Shown here: piece after piece, positions 24,987 to 35,526 of the stretch
Layout of the letters: every line of letters begins with the position of its first letter
Numbering within the stretch: position 1 is the stretch's first letter
DNA from: Fistulifera solaris
Taxonomy: Eukaryota
NCBI GenBank assembly: GCA_030295235.1
Contig: AP026144.1
Coordinates: 434,001-498,000, forward strand
DNA length: 64,000 bases
Direction of reading: 5' to 3'
The notes under the pieces: model-generated
Database searches by the model: none
The model's input: only the letters and a program-made list of their open reading frames with translations
What the model was told of the DNA's origin: nothing
Translations under genes and position numbers: made by a program

Positions 24987-27900
24987 TTAGCTCTCGATAC
25001 CACCGCCCGAGAACACTTTTCCACCTTTCAGGAAACCAGCTAAAGTACTCATTGGAGGCTTCAATCGATCGGGCATGAACTGGACTTGCAACGAGTTAAA
25101 TGCGTATTTGGCCTGCCCTACATTCTTTTCGCAGATCGGTAGTCGCGTACCGTGTATTCGCATCATACGAGCATCATCAAGCGTTGTGTCAACCACACCA
25201 CCACCGTTTCCATTTACTTTACTCAATTGTCGAAACCGCGTTCCAAACTGGGCTTGTTTGTAAGTCATGTGCATAGCGGTTCGATCCTTTCCTGACTTGC
25301 AAAATACGATACCGCCACCACCAAGTTGCTGCGCCAACGTTGCTGCCTCGTCGACGATGTCGTGGTTGATCCGACCAGCAGAACTCATAATGTGTTGATA
25401 AAGAGTTTCGAGCATGGGGTGGACATGTTGCGTAGCAGGGGGAATCGGGTTTATTGCTGGTGATATCAGGTATGCATACGCATTCAACTTTTGAAATGCT
25501 TCGCTATTCAATTGAACCAAAACGTCGTCGTCAGTAACGCCCTCGTCATCATCTTCGTCTTCAATAAGGCCTCCCTTTGGTTGTTCTGGTGGTGGTTGGA
25601 GAGACCGTCACCGGTCTCGGAATTCACGGAAATATTCCTGTTCTTCCATTTTTCTTCAAGCGAGCTCTTCATGTTCGAGCCGGCATGTGCACCCCACTGT
25701 CGAATCTATATTGTCAATAGTCGCGTGTAAGAAATGTGGAGAAAAACACTGGTAGCATAGTATGACAAATTTCCACTTACATCAACCCCAACTTCAAACA
25801 AAAGTGGAAAAAGCCTGACGGCAGTGCCTCCTTTCAAAGCTGCTGGGATACGCTGTTCGAAATAAGATTGAACGATACCAACTTGCACTATGAACTCCGT
25901 TTCAGGATGTGTTCCAGAAGGGAGTATCGCAAGCCATTTCAAGTAGGGAGAGTCGATGACTGATACGGACTCCGCGATGGGAGACAAGGAGCCATTGTCT
26001 GAGACAAGCATCACTTTCACCATACCTAGCATTGCAATTCCTACTGAAGCGTCCTCGATCATTCCCAATTCCTTTCCCGCTGCACTTAGAAGGCCTTCAA
26101 AGGAGACAAGAAATCCATGTTTCGCCCACAAGTCGGGCCAAGCAGATTGCATTCTTGAAGGATCACTCACATTGGACAAGTAACAAGATAACGCTGTTCC
26201 AAGTGCCTGCGAAAAACATGCCGCCCTTCGAGATGCACACGTCCAAGTAATGTGATGAAATGCTTGTACCGCTTCACAAAGTCTTGAGCGCATCTCAGCT
26301 AGCTCTGGGTGACGGGCTGGTACATGCGTTACTGGAGTTGTGGTAGCTACTTGGCGTCTTTCTACAAAGTAGTTCGCAATACCCATTGTTAGCGCCGTCT
26401 GAAGATTCGTTACAAGAATAGCAATTTCCTGTCTTTTAGCCTCTAAACGACGCAGGCCACCAGATACTGGACCAACCGGAGATGGACCGAGAACGCCAGC
26501 AGTTCGTGCAGCTGCTGCTTCTTTGCTGTTCTCCTTCACATTGGGGAAGATACTTCCAAATCCTTTGGCGTGATCCGACGGAGCACCACAAGAAGTGTTA
26601 AAAAAAGCACCACTGATAGAAGGATCTGTTCCCGATGGTTGCGACACAATTTTGTCGGCGTCAAATACACTCAGACTCATGCTGGAAGTGTGAACATTAA
26701 AAGGAATTCCCGCCAATGAAACTTCCGACCGACTCGACGAGGGTCGGAAAGGCCTTAGTGATTTATCTTCATGCGGGGGAAGCCTTTCAGTCTCTGGTTG
26801 ACGCGTTAGAGCCTGTTTGTACTTTTGCGCACGTTCGGCCCACATGTTGACATCAGGGGCGCGAGCATTCTCCATATGGCTTTCCATGTATGCTTTCGTT
26901 ACAAATGTTCCCATGGTAGCAATTTGCTGCTTTCGTCGTTCCCGGTCTGGAGTAGACGGCGTGGAGGCTTCCAAAACCTCATCATTGTAATCTAACGATG
27001 GAATGGTGAATTCCAGTAAGCGCGGCAGACCCATCAAAGCGACCAATCCACCCGTAGCAGGAGTCAACGGAAAAGGAGTCTTATTCATTCCTTGCATTTG
27101 TAAAGTAATCGTGGTCTGGAATGATCCCATGGGTTGTCCAACAGCGTCGACCAGTGTGCATTCTTTCAATATGCCATTACCAACATTAGGATCAGCCAAC
27201 AAAGTGTCCAGAGAGACCGTTGCATCCCAGATGATACGTGGCTGATGGGGATGAATTGTCCACACGAGCTGGAAATGCAAGTTGCCAAGGAAGAAGCCAT
27301 TCGCAGGAAAGGTGCCCCCATGAGCTTGCAAAAGTCCTGGTAAAACTCTTTCCTTACAGGGTTTCGGATAAAAGGTTATGCTCGGCTCATTTCCCGTGGC
27401 CGGCATGTACATGGGATTACCAAGCTCCACTTCAAAGATAGAATCAGGTCGTTGCCACGATACTGTCAAAACAGGAGGATTCGTCATGGACAACGGATTG
27501 CAACGATGATCGCCGATGCGGATATCGCAGCGAGCGTAAGGGGCATTGGGAGGAAGTACGTCGTGACGAGACTGTGAAATATACGTCGTCACGGACTGCC
27601 CATGATGCCAAGACACTTGACAGGCTTTGTGACACAATTGGGCGACCGCACAGGCCACCGGTAGTACTACCGTTGATTCAGTAGCACGTTCCGTACCAAC
27701 CAAAAGGAGGAAGCAGGTTGTGATGGGACGGCGAATGCGTACGATTGATCCAACGTTAGATTGAATCGATAACTCGACGGAAGCGGGTCAACCAACGACC
27801 AACCGTTCCCGCAAAGGTGAGGGAATTTCAAGTCGGGTAGCATGAGCACACTCACTTGACCATCTACTACCCAGCTCGAGTGCAAAGGAGCACCCGCAAT

Positions 27901-28584
27901 GTACGTCGAGGGCTTTATCGTGACAGGACAGGATCCCAACAGATAGTTTTTGGCCGCTTTGGTCTTCTCCAACCACGATGCTCCGCTGCGGATCCATAAT
28001 TTAATCACGGCCTGTGACAGACCAGCTGGAACCACCAAAGGTATCACAAAGTGCATTCCTTCTGCAGTAGCAGTGATCGGATACGGAATCGATTCGGTCA
28101 TGCTGATGACTTGATCATTGGCATCGTAAAGACCGGCTGTGACCATGTCGGGATTTCTCCCCTTATCGGCGCGTATCGCCAGATTCGTCATTCCCCGTTC
28201 CAATTTTTCGGTCGTCGATTTGGCTACCTTTTTCAAAAATCCTTTGAATCCTTTTCTCGAATCGGAAGTGGGAGTATCCATCTGCGGAGCGCTTTCCTGA
28301 CTTAGAAATTCAAAGGGATTCTCGGAACCGTCCGCAGAACCCGGCGACGGAGCCGGAGGAGGAGCCATTGGGACCGTGGTCGACTCGGAGATTTTGGATG
28401 TTTGACTGAGAATATATTCCACGCCACCTGGTAACCAGCAGTTGTTGTTGGTGCGCACAAACAAAAGCACCCGATTGGTGTTGTATTGTTTTTCCAGGGT
28501 CGACATGGGCGAGTATGCTTTGTTTCCCGGCGCGGAGTCTACTGAAGAAGCTAACGAAACGGTTGATGGCACTGCTGACATCAT
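24987..28584 (-). CDS. INPP4: Inositol polyphosphate 4-phosphatase-like protein
   Basis: CX5R catalytic motif CKSGKDRT, FEGLLSAAGKELGMIED, RIHGTR...EKNVG...YAFN; intron ~25706-25780; frameshifts at ~27700 and ~25600. Confidence 0.85.
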
Positions 28585-29352
28585 GATTGAGGATAGCACA
28601 GGCTTTGAAATTTTACGAGTGAAAGCAATGCCGACTTAGATTCACAAGATGCTGACAAGGGACCTCGTATATATGCTAACAGTCAACTTCCGTTCCAAAT
28701 TGCCGAAAGAAAGAAAGAAAGCTGAACAAGTCCGATTCACTCAAAGTGCGTTAAACTAGTGTATGAATACTATTTCGGAAACGATAAAGATAACAATAAA
28801 ATAAGGAACGATCGGCACTTCCTCTCCTTTGCCATCAATGTAAAAAAAGGCGAGGGAAAGGCAAAAGGCGCAAAGCGCCGCAATAAACTCGACGATGGAT
28901 GACGTTGCTGTGTTTCGTTGCACAGTCCGTTGGGATAGCTATGCGACATGAAGCAAACAAGATTAAGGTTAAGGTAAAAAGGAAAGCGTGGCAAAAGAAA
29001 TTCCGTATAAGGTTATCGTTCAAAACGGAAAAACAAATACCCCGGACAAATAAAAAACTTATTCTCGTTTTATTCAGAGGTTATAAGGTGTGCCTTTAAA
29101 GCTATAAGGTTCTCTCCAGTCTAGAAGAATTCCCTAAAAAAACGCTAGACTGCATGTCATATTCATTTCTTTTTTCAGTAATCGCTCGTGTAGATGTGTG
29201 CTTCGTAAGATTAGATTTTTTCGTCGCAACGGTTGCTGAGTATCCTATACCTGTATCGTTGAATGAGCCCCGTACCTGGTAGGATTTCGATAACATAAAA
29301 CTTGTCGCTTCCATGTGAGTACAAGTAAATGAACCGAACATAGTGGAGGGCT

Positions 29353-29414
29353 ACTTGCTCGAGTACAACATTGCGAGCCTCAGACTTGCTCGAGTACAAC
29401 ATTGCGAGCCTCAG
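29353..29414. repeat. Perfect 31-bp tandem duplication
   Basis: ACTTGCTCGAGTACAACATTGCGAGCCTCAG x2, just downstream of the methyltransferase stop codon. Confidence 0.9.
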
Positions 29415-29449
29415 AGTTTCGCTTAGTAAACAAGTTCCCCGAAACACAC

Positions 29450-30439
29450 CTATGTCTTTTGAAGCTGAGCCACAAATTGGATAAGAGTACGCCCGTGATC
29501 GCTGTCGGTCACCACTCGATCACAGCAAATCTTCCAAGCCGTCCCTTGCACCATATCGCGGAGCTCATATCGATCCAAGACTTGCTTACTGTTCGGATGA
29601 ATATGTGGCCAATCGGAATCGGGAGTCGCTTTTCCAAAGTGACTAATTGCCAGGATAGTACCGTTTTGTAACACGGGAGCCGCATCCAAAATACAACGAA
29701 ACAAAACCTTGTTCCAAAAACGAACCGCATAGAAGCACCCAACTTTATCCCATGACTCCTCTAAAATACTTTGGAATTCACTGATTGGATCCAAACGAAC
29801 AGCACGACAACAAGTCCACTGTGACACTTGTCGCCGCTGACAGAATTCCAAAAATGGTAGAGCTTGTTTCACGTACCGTTGATCCATGGCAACGATGGTA
29901 CGATCTCGTAACGTCTCGGCCAAGAACACGACATCGCGTCCCACACCCGCTCCGAGATCCCACACTTCGAGGGCATTGGAACTTTCTTTCAATAAGGGAA
30001 GAAGGATGTTTTCGACCATACTGTCAGGTTCCCATAATCGCGGTAAGGTCTTTGGTACAGACCAAGCTTTCTGATCCAGATCGCCACGAAGAATAGCCTC
30101 AATGATCCAAGGTTTCTGTTTCCGAGCCGTCCCTTGCAGGATATACAACACATCTAATAAATTGGTGGTTTCGTCATCGACCCACAAGAAAAGAGGGACT
30201 TGACGAGGCGGTAATTCGAAGAGTCGATTCGGAAGGTCGTGCGGAGGAATGTGCACGGCAAACGACGTCGGTGTCGGATGGAGTCGAATGTCGAGTACTT
30301 TGCTACTCGTTCGTTGCAGATCCTTGTACCAGTCCTCGAAGGAAATGCTTTTGGGCATATCGATCATCTTTTGTTTCTTTATTGCGTCATGAGTGTTGTG
30401 ATCTTCGTCAACAGGTAATGTCCGGCTTTTGCTTTCCAT
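29450..30439 (-). CDS. Class I SAM-dependent methyltransferase (TehB-like) with degenerate rhodanese-like N-terminus
   Basis: Motif I VWDLGAGVGRDVVFLA and motif II VAMD; N-terminal VLDIR...HIP...LPNRLFELPP and RLWEP segments. Confidence 0.8.
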   Translation of the reverse strand: MESKSRTLPVDEDHNTHDAIKKQKMIDMPKSISFEDWYKDLQRTSSKVLDIRLHPTPTSFAVHIPPHDLPNRLFELPPRQVPLFLWVDDETTNLLDVLYILQGTARKQKPWIIEAILRGDLDQKAWSVPKTLPRLWEPDSMVENILLPLLKESSNALEVWDLGAGVGRDVVFLAETLRDRTIVAMDQRYVKQALPFLEFCQRRQVSQWTCCRAVRLDPISEFQSILEESWDKVGCFYAVRFWNKVLFRCILDAAPVLQNGTILAISHFGKATPDSDWPHIHPNSKQVLDRYELRDMVQGTAWKICCDRVVTDSDHGRTLIQFVAQLQKT

Positions 30440-30471
30440 GGCGATGGCGAGGTTTTGTGATGATGTGAATA

Positions 30472-30958
30472 ACCAGAAAAATCGCAGATTTGCTGTGTAT
30501 TTGAAGACACTACCTGGTACCAGGTTCCAGCACCCGATAAACTCCCATATTTTCTGGGGACGTCAAGATTTTCGGGGACGTGGAAACGGAACGTACTCTG
30601 TACCCCCAGATTTTCCGGATACGTGAAAACACTCCATGCCCAAATTTCTGTGGACGTGAAATTTACCACACTCCCAGATTTTCTGGTTATGCGAAAACAC
30701 GATTGCCCAGATTTCCTGTGTACTCGAGGTAACCACATGCCCAGATTTTCTGGGTTTGTGCACACATCGCATCCACAGATATTCGGGGACGTGGATTTTC
30801 TGTGGACTTGAGGTACGCAGGAACTAAATACCCAGATTTTCTGACTATGTGAAGACACCGCTGTACATGGCTTGCCCAGTTGTCTTGACGTCCACAGAAA
30901 ATTTGGCAATGTGGTTTGTTCACCACAGAAAATCTGTGATTCGCACGCAGAAAATTGC
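30472..30958. repeat. Degenerate array of about 15 CCCAGATTTTCTG(G/T)G motifs with ~34 bp period; right-hand copies inverted
   Basis: Forward copies at 30483, 30544, 30563, 30605, 30639, 30673, 30706, 30740, 30774, ~30792 and 30831; inverted copies at ~30472, 30888, 30924 and 30946. Confidence 0.85.
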
Positions 30959-31097
30959 AACAGTTCGAGCAACTACATGAGATGTGTGGTCAACATTCCA
31001 TTTGCCACTGTTTGTTTGCTACTCTTCCTCATTCATACATCAAAACGAGCTGACAGCGACTTCAAAGTAGGTTTAAGAAAGAGTTCTTTGGAAAAAT

Positions 31098-31457
31098 ATG
31101 CTATTTACAAGGTTTGTTGCATTTATGTTACTCTGGAAACAAACGCGTGCGTTCGTCTCCTACCGACGGACTCGCAAACCGCCGGCTGCCATGTATGCAC
31201 CAGACCTTGTGCATAATCCGATTGCATATTTCAAGGTGCAGACAGCATACAACGGCAGAAAAGATTCCGTCGATGAGACGACAGAAACCAATATGAGCAT
31301 CTGGGAGAGTATGAAGGAGCGTCCGGCGACCCTGATGGCCTTGCCAATCGTATTTCTTGTCAGTCTGGATTTACTACTCAACATTACCTTCCTCGTCAAA
31401 CGAACCATCGAGTACGCGGTATTTGGAAAAATACCCAGCACTGAAACTTGGTTTTGA
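31098..31457 (+). CDS. Small plastid-targeted membrane protein (119 aa)
   Basis: Signal peptide ending TRA-FV, basic transit peptide, C-terminal hydrophobic helix (LMALPIVFLVSLDLLLNITFLV). Confidence 0.7.
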   Translation: MLFTRFVAFMLLWKQTRAFVSYRRTRKPPAAMYAPDLVHNPIAYFKVQTAYNGRKDSVDETTETNMSIWESMKERPATLMALPIVFLVSLDLLLNITFLVKRTIEYAVFGKIPSTETWF

Positions 31458-32706
31458 AATGACGGAATAGGAACTTCGACATCATGATCTTTATTCCTTT
31501 CGAATCAATTGGGGTAGTATGGCAAAAAATGGAAAAAGCAAAATTCTGTTTCGCGTTCGATCTAAACGATGGACTCTTCGACTGTATGATAAGGCCATTG
31601 TGTATCGCTCCGCTCTTTTTCTGGAATTTGCTGCCTTGCTTCTTCGATGCTCAAGCCCCAAGCCCAGCACGTCTGTCATTAGACGCCCATTTGCAATATA
31701 CGTGTCAATATTCTTCGGTTGAGGCCAATCAACTTCTAACTCATGGCCTTTTCCAAAGGAAGCTGCAGGCCCTTTAGGCCTCAGTTTCAAGCAACAACAT
31801 CAAACATTTCTTCCACACCCAACTCCTTCTTACCATCATTTGATCAAAGTTTGCCAGCAGCTAAGTCGGCTATGTTGACACAAAATGACATTCAGTCCAA
31901 ATCTAAAAAACCATTGTCGAAGCAACTTTGTAAAATTCGGTTCGTGTGAGTACGATTGAAAGAGAAAAATGCAGTCTTCCCTTCCCCTCTTGTGAAATGA
32001 AAATTGATTCTTTTGTGGTCAAACTGTGAAATTTCCGCGTTCATCAGGAAGCGGGACTGTAGTTATTCGTTTTCATGCGCTGGTCCAGCCGCTAGCTCTT
32101 CTTAGAGATGTCATCCTTTTAGTTGTTAAACAACTTCTCCAAGCGAGCTCTTCGAACCTAGGGCTGGAAAATGGAAAAACTTTGTACACAAACTTTCACT
32201 CCGGAACAGTTACTTTCACGCTTGAAAAATAAAGTGGTTTGATGCTTGAAGCGCGTTTTTTCATGACTAAAACGAGGGATTTCTACGTTCAAGACGCCGG
32301 GGTTGGGCCCAATAAAGATCCTCTCCACATTATGAATTATAGTAAAGTTCCCATGGTCAGGACCTTTTAATAGAAAAACGTCATCACTCTATTTTCCCCA
32401 GTACCTCGAACCTTGTCAAATTCCAAATGTCCAATTGATTCATGAGCGTCCAGCGTCCACGGCAAAAGCTGTAGGGTACCAAGTACAAAAGCGTTTTCTA
32501 ATTCATTGCCTCCGCGGCGGGGTTGAGGGCATGTTGTTCATGAAAAGCTCGTAAATTTCTTCAGCAAGGGTGACTCAACACGACGACACAAGACATTAGA
32601 GAGGCGCTCCAACTCCAAACTCCTCTATTTCATTCCAATCGATTATCTTTCACCAAGAAATCAAGTTACAGACTCTCACAGCGGATGTTAAGACAACAAT
32701 AGAGAC

Positions 32707-33723
32707 ATGTCCCCGCATGAAAACAGAATGGAACCATCTATCGACTTGCTGCACGAGGACGTACGTCCTGTCGGACCGAGTCACAGTACCGATCTACAAT
32801 TCACCGCAAGTTTTGAGACTCGAAGTGACTCGACCGATATCGAACCAACTAAGAAGCAGCCTATTTCTTATCAAGGATCTAAGGGTCCCGCATCATCGTC
32901 TCGCAAATCACAAGACGCCCACACGCAACGCCGCCTGGAAGTGAGAGGGGCTAATCGAGGCACTACAGTGATGCAACGCGATATTATCCCTACCAAATCC
33001 AATCGTGACCTCATGAGACAGATATCGGGCTTAGGGATGATCGATCCTGTCTATGGCACACGGGAAGCGTCTCCGTTGCACCAATCAATCATATTTGATG
33101 ACATGAGTTTAGGTGATATCCCGGATGATTTTAAAGACGCCGTTTCTGTAGCATCCGACCGCACAGCCACAGACGGAAATGGTTTTGATTCAACTTTTTT
33201 TACGGCTTCACTACTATTTAGTGCCGACGATCTTCCTTCTCTGGATGGGTCTTCTGTATCCAAAAATACCAAGAAAACGAGCTGGAAGGTGCACTCTTCT
33301 GACGCGGTTGATATCGAATCCTTGTTGTCAGGTAATGGAAGATCATCGCCGGTTAAGTTTTCCATGTCTAAAGCTAAAGACGCCAAGCCACCACTTCCCG
33401 ATCATCAGTTCCATGTCACTAGGTCGAAACCACAAGAAATTGCCGTGAAGCCGATTTCATCGAAGGAAGCCCACAGGGAAATCCCAGGCAGCGCTGACTT
33501 CTTCTTTTCAAAACAGACCTCGCATAATAATTCATCTCAAGTACCGCTCCCCACTTCACCTCGAAAATCCTCGATCAGTCATAAACCAAGAATGTCCCCA
33601 CGGAAATTACCCTCCCTGGCTCAGATATTTCCGGGGGGACGCCCACCACGCCGCGCAACGGAAACCAGCTCCACAGACCCTCGGAGAAATACTTCAAACT
33701 CGGTGTCTGCCCCCAAAGTATAA
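32707..33723 (+). CDS. Hypothetical Ser/Pro-rich, probably disordered protein (338 aa)
   Basis: Intact ORF after an A/C-rich leader; one conserved-looking block NRDLMRQISGLGMIDPVYG. Confidence 0.7.
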   Translation: MSPHENRMEPSIDLLHEDVRPVGPSHSTDLQFTASFETRSDSTDIEPTKKQPISYQGSKGPASSSRKSQDAHTQRRLEVRGANRGTTVMQRDIIPTKSNRDLMRQISGLGMIDPVYGTREASPLHQSIIFDDMSLGDIPDDFKDAVSVASDRTATDGNGFDSTFFTASLLFSADDLPSLDGSSVSKNTKKTSWKVHSSDAVDIESLLSGNGRSSPVKFSMSKAKDAKPPLPDHQFHVTRSKPQEIAVKPISSKEAHREIPGSADFFFSKQTSHNNSSQVPLPTSPRKSSISHKPRMSPRKLPSLAQIFPGGRPPRRATETSSTDPRRNTSNSVSAPKV

Positions 33724-34527
33724 CTCATAGGTAGAGAGATAACGCCACATAAACACAGTTAAGCACAGCTTATCAGTCGTACACTTTAGCTACTTACAAT
33801 ACCACGATTGAACCTTGCATTCATAGTCGATCACTATCACAAGGTGCTTTCAAACTATGAACTATAAATATTGAGTGATTTAGCCGCTTTCCTTGAGTAC
33901 TTGATTGAGATTTTGGCGACGACTCGATTACAGTCCCGTCACGTGTTGGGAGTTCTCATCCTAATGTACACCGTGCCCTTAAACATTACTGTAAACACAG
34001 TCCAAGCATGATACTGCAGGGCGACGTAGCGCCTCACATGTTTCTTTGATTAAGGTGTTGTTGCGGAATTGGGTTCCATTTGCTGGCTTTTTCCGACTCA
34101 GGACTATAGGTTAAAGTGTCTGAGGTCTGAGGTAGTTCCTTATGACTCACTTTCGTTCCAGTCCCGTCCACACGTCTCGAGCATTCCATTGAAATCAAAA
34201 TGCAATTCATTGTTTCATACGCTCTGTCTTCGATTGTGTCGGTAATGCGAACCTGACTTGCTTTTGCTAGGTTTTTGGGGTTTCTCGACTAATTCGTGTA
34301 AGGGTTAGGTTTATTGTGACTAAACTTCCAGTCCCGCCAATTTGTTCAATATCTCGTAAAAAGTAGGCGACCTCTCTTTCCTCTTATCACCCACACTCCA
34401 CACGCCACCGCCACCGATTTTCAACGCGATGATGCTTGCTTGTACTGGTAAAAGCGTTTGAAAAGGAAAAAAAATGTAATTCACGTTTTGAATTCAAGAC
34501 GTATTTATACTACTAATTGCTGTGAAT

Positions 34528-35196
34528 ATGCCCCCGACAAAGAGAAAAGTGGCCAAGGAAAAGCAAGCGTTGGAGGAGTGGGCTTCTTTGCTCGCAAAAA
34601 CGACGGCAGAGCCATCCTTCAGCGCGAAAGAAGAACGCGTGGCGAAGCGGGCCGCCAAAAAACGCCGACGTGAAGAACGTTTGACTTCAAAAGCGCATGA
34701 CCACAAACTACAGCAAGCTGTTGTTCAAAAATCGGAAGAGACATCTCTTGGAATGGACGATCATAAACTTTTGTTGCATTTGATCAGCAAAACAATAAAA
34801 CAATTTGTCAGCGCTGAAGACGCGCGTAAGAGGGGGCCGCTTTTTAGGTTTTCTTCTACTACCAAAGCCCGAAATGTCAAGAAAAGTTGGCAAGAAGACA
34901 CAATTCAACCGAGAAAGAAGGATTACGGAGGAATAGGCTTGGCTCGCCCGAGTTTGTATATCGATTTTAATGATCCGTCGTTGATTCCAAAGCTCGAAAG
35001 TGAATTTGCGGAACATATTCCCGGATTTTTCGGCAAGCAGCGAACAAAGGCAATGAAAAAACAGTTGGGCGGGAAGATGCTTTGGCGTAAACTATCCGAC
35101 AACAAGACGAAGGAAAAGATGGTGAATGGGAAACGATTGAAAGATATGAGTCCCGACGAGAGGGTTGAAGCGATGATAAAGATTGGAATGCTGTAG
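34528..35196 (+). CDS. Hypothetical basic nuclear/nucleolar protein
   Basis: NLS-like PPTKRK and KRAAKKRRR; conserved-looking block DYGGIGLARPSLYI...FAEHIPGFFGKQRTKAMKKQ. Confidence 0.75.
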   Translation: MPPTKRKVAKEKQALEEWASLLAKTTAEPSFSAKEERVAKRAAKKRRREERLTSKAHDHKLQQAVVQKSEETSLGMDDHKLLLHLISKTIKQFVSAEDARKRGPLFRFSSTTKARNVKKSWQEDTIQPRKKDYGGIGLARPSLYIDFNDPSLIPKLESEFAEHIPGFFGKQRTKAMKKQLGGKMLWRKLSDNKTKEKMVNGKRLKDMSPDERVEAMIKIGML

Positions 35197-35526
35197 AGAG
35201 ACGACGAGCCACGTTTAGACATTTCTTCGAAGGAAGCCATTGATTTTCATCAGGTTCAGCACACAGCGCAACAAGTGCGAAAACGACATGAATTGTGGAC
35301 CACTGTGGTATCTCTAGAGACAACCATGCGAGCTTCATCTTGCTTTTAGGACAAACTAATTGCTTTGAGACGAAAGTCTTACGAAACCATGTTTTTAAAC
35401 CATGGGTTCTAGACGACTAATGGAGCAAGCAGCGATCTACGAAATTTCTTTTCTTTGCTCTCAACTAATGATTGATTTTACCATGCAGGAAAGTATAATA
35501 CGCCTTCGTTTTCGTGTTCGGTCTCC

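Noticed and set aside
30472..30958. CRISPR array interpretation of the repeat-spacer pattern
   Set aside because: Repeats are degenerate, linkers are only ~14 bp and related to each other, orientation flips, there are no cas genes, and the context is eukaryotic.
30379..30972. 197-aa minus-strand ORF over the repeat array
   Set aside because: The motif appears in rotating frames (RKSG / ENLG / QKIW) because the period is not a multiple of 3; non-ATG start; no protein-like features.
31491..32232. Short ORFs in the 31.5-32.3 kb spacer
   Set aside because: No recognisable domain, mostly non-ATG starts and stops in all frames; a decayed gene cannot be excluded.
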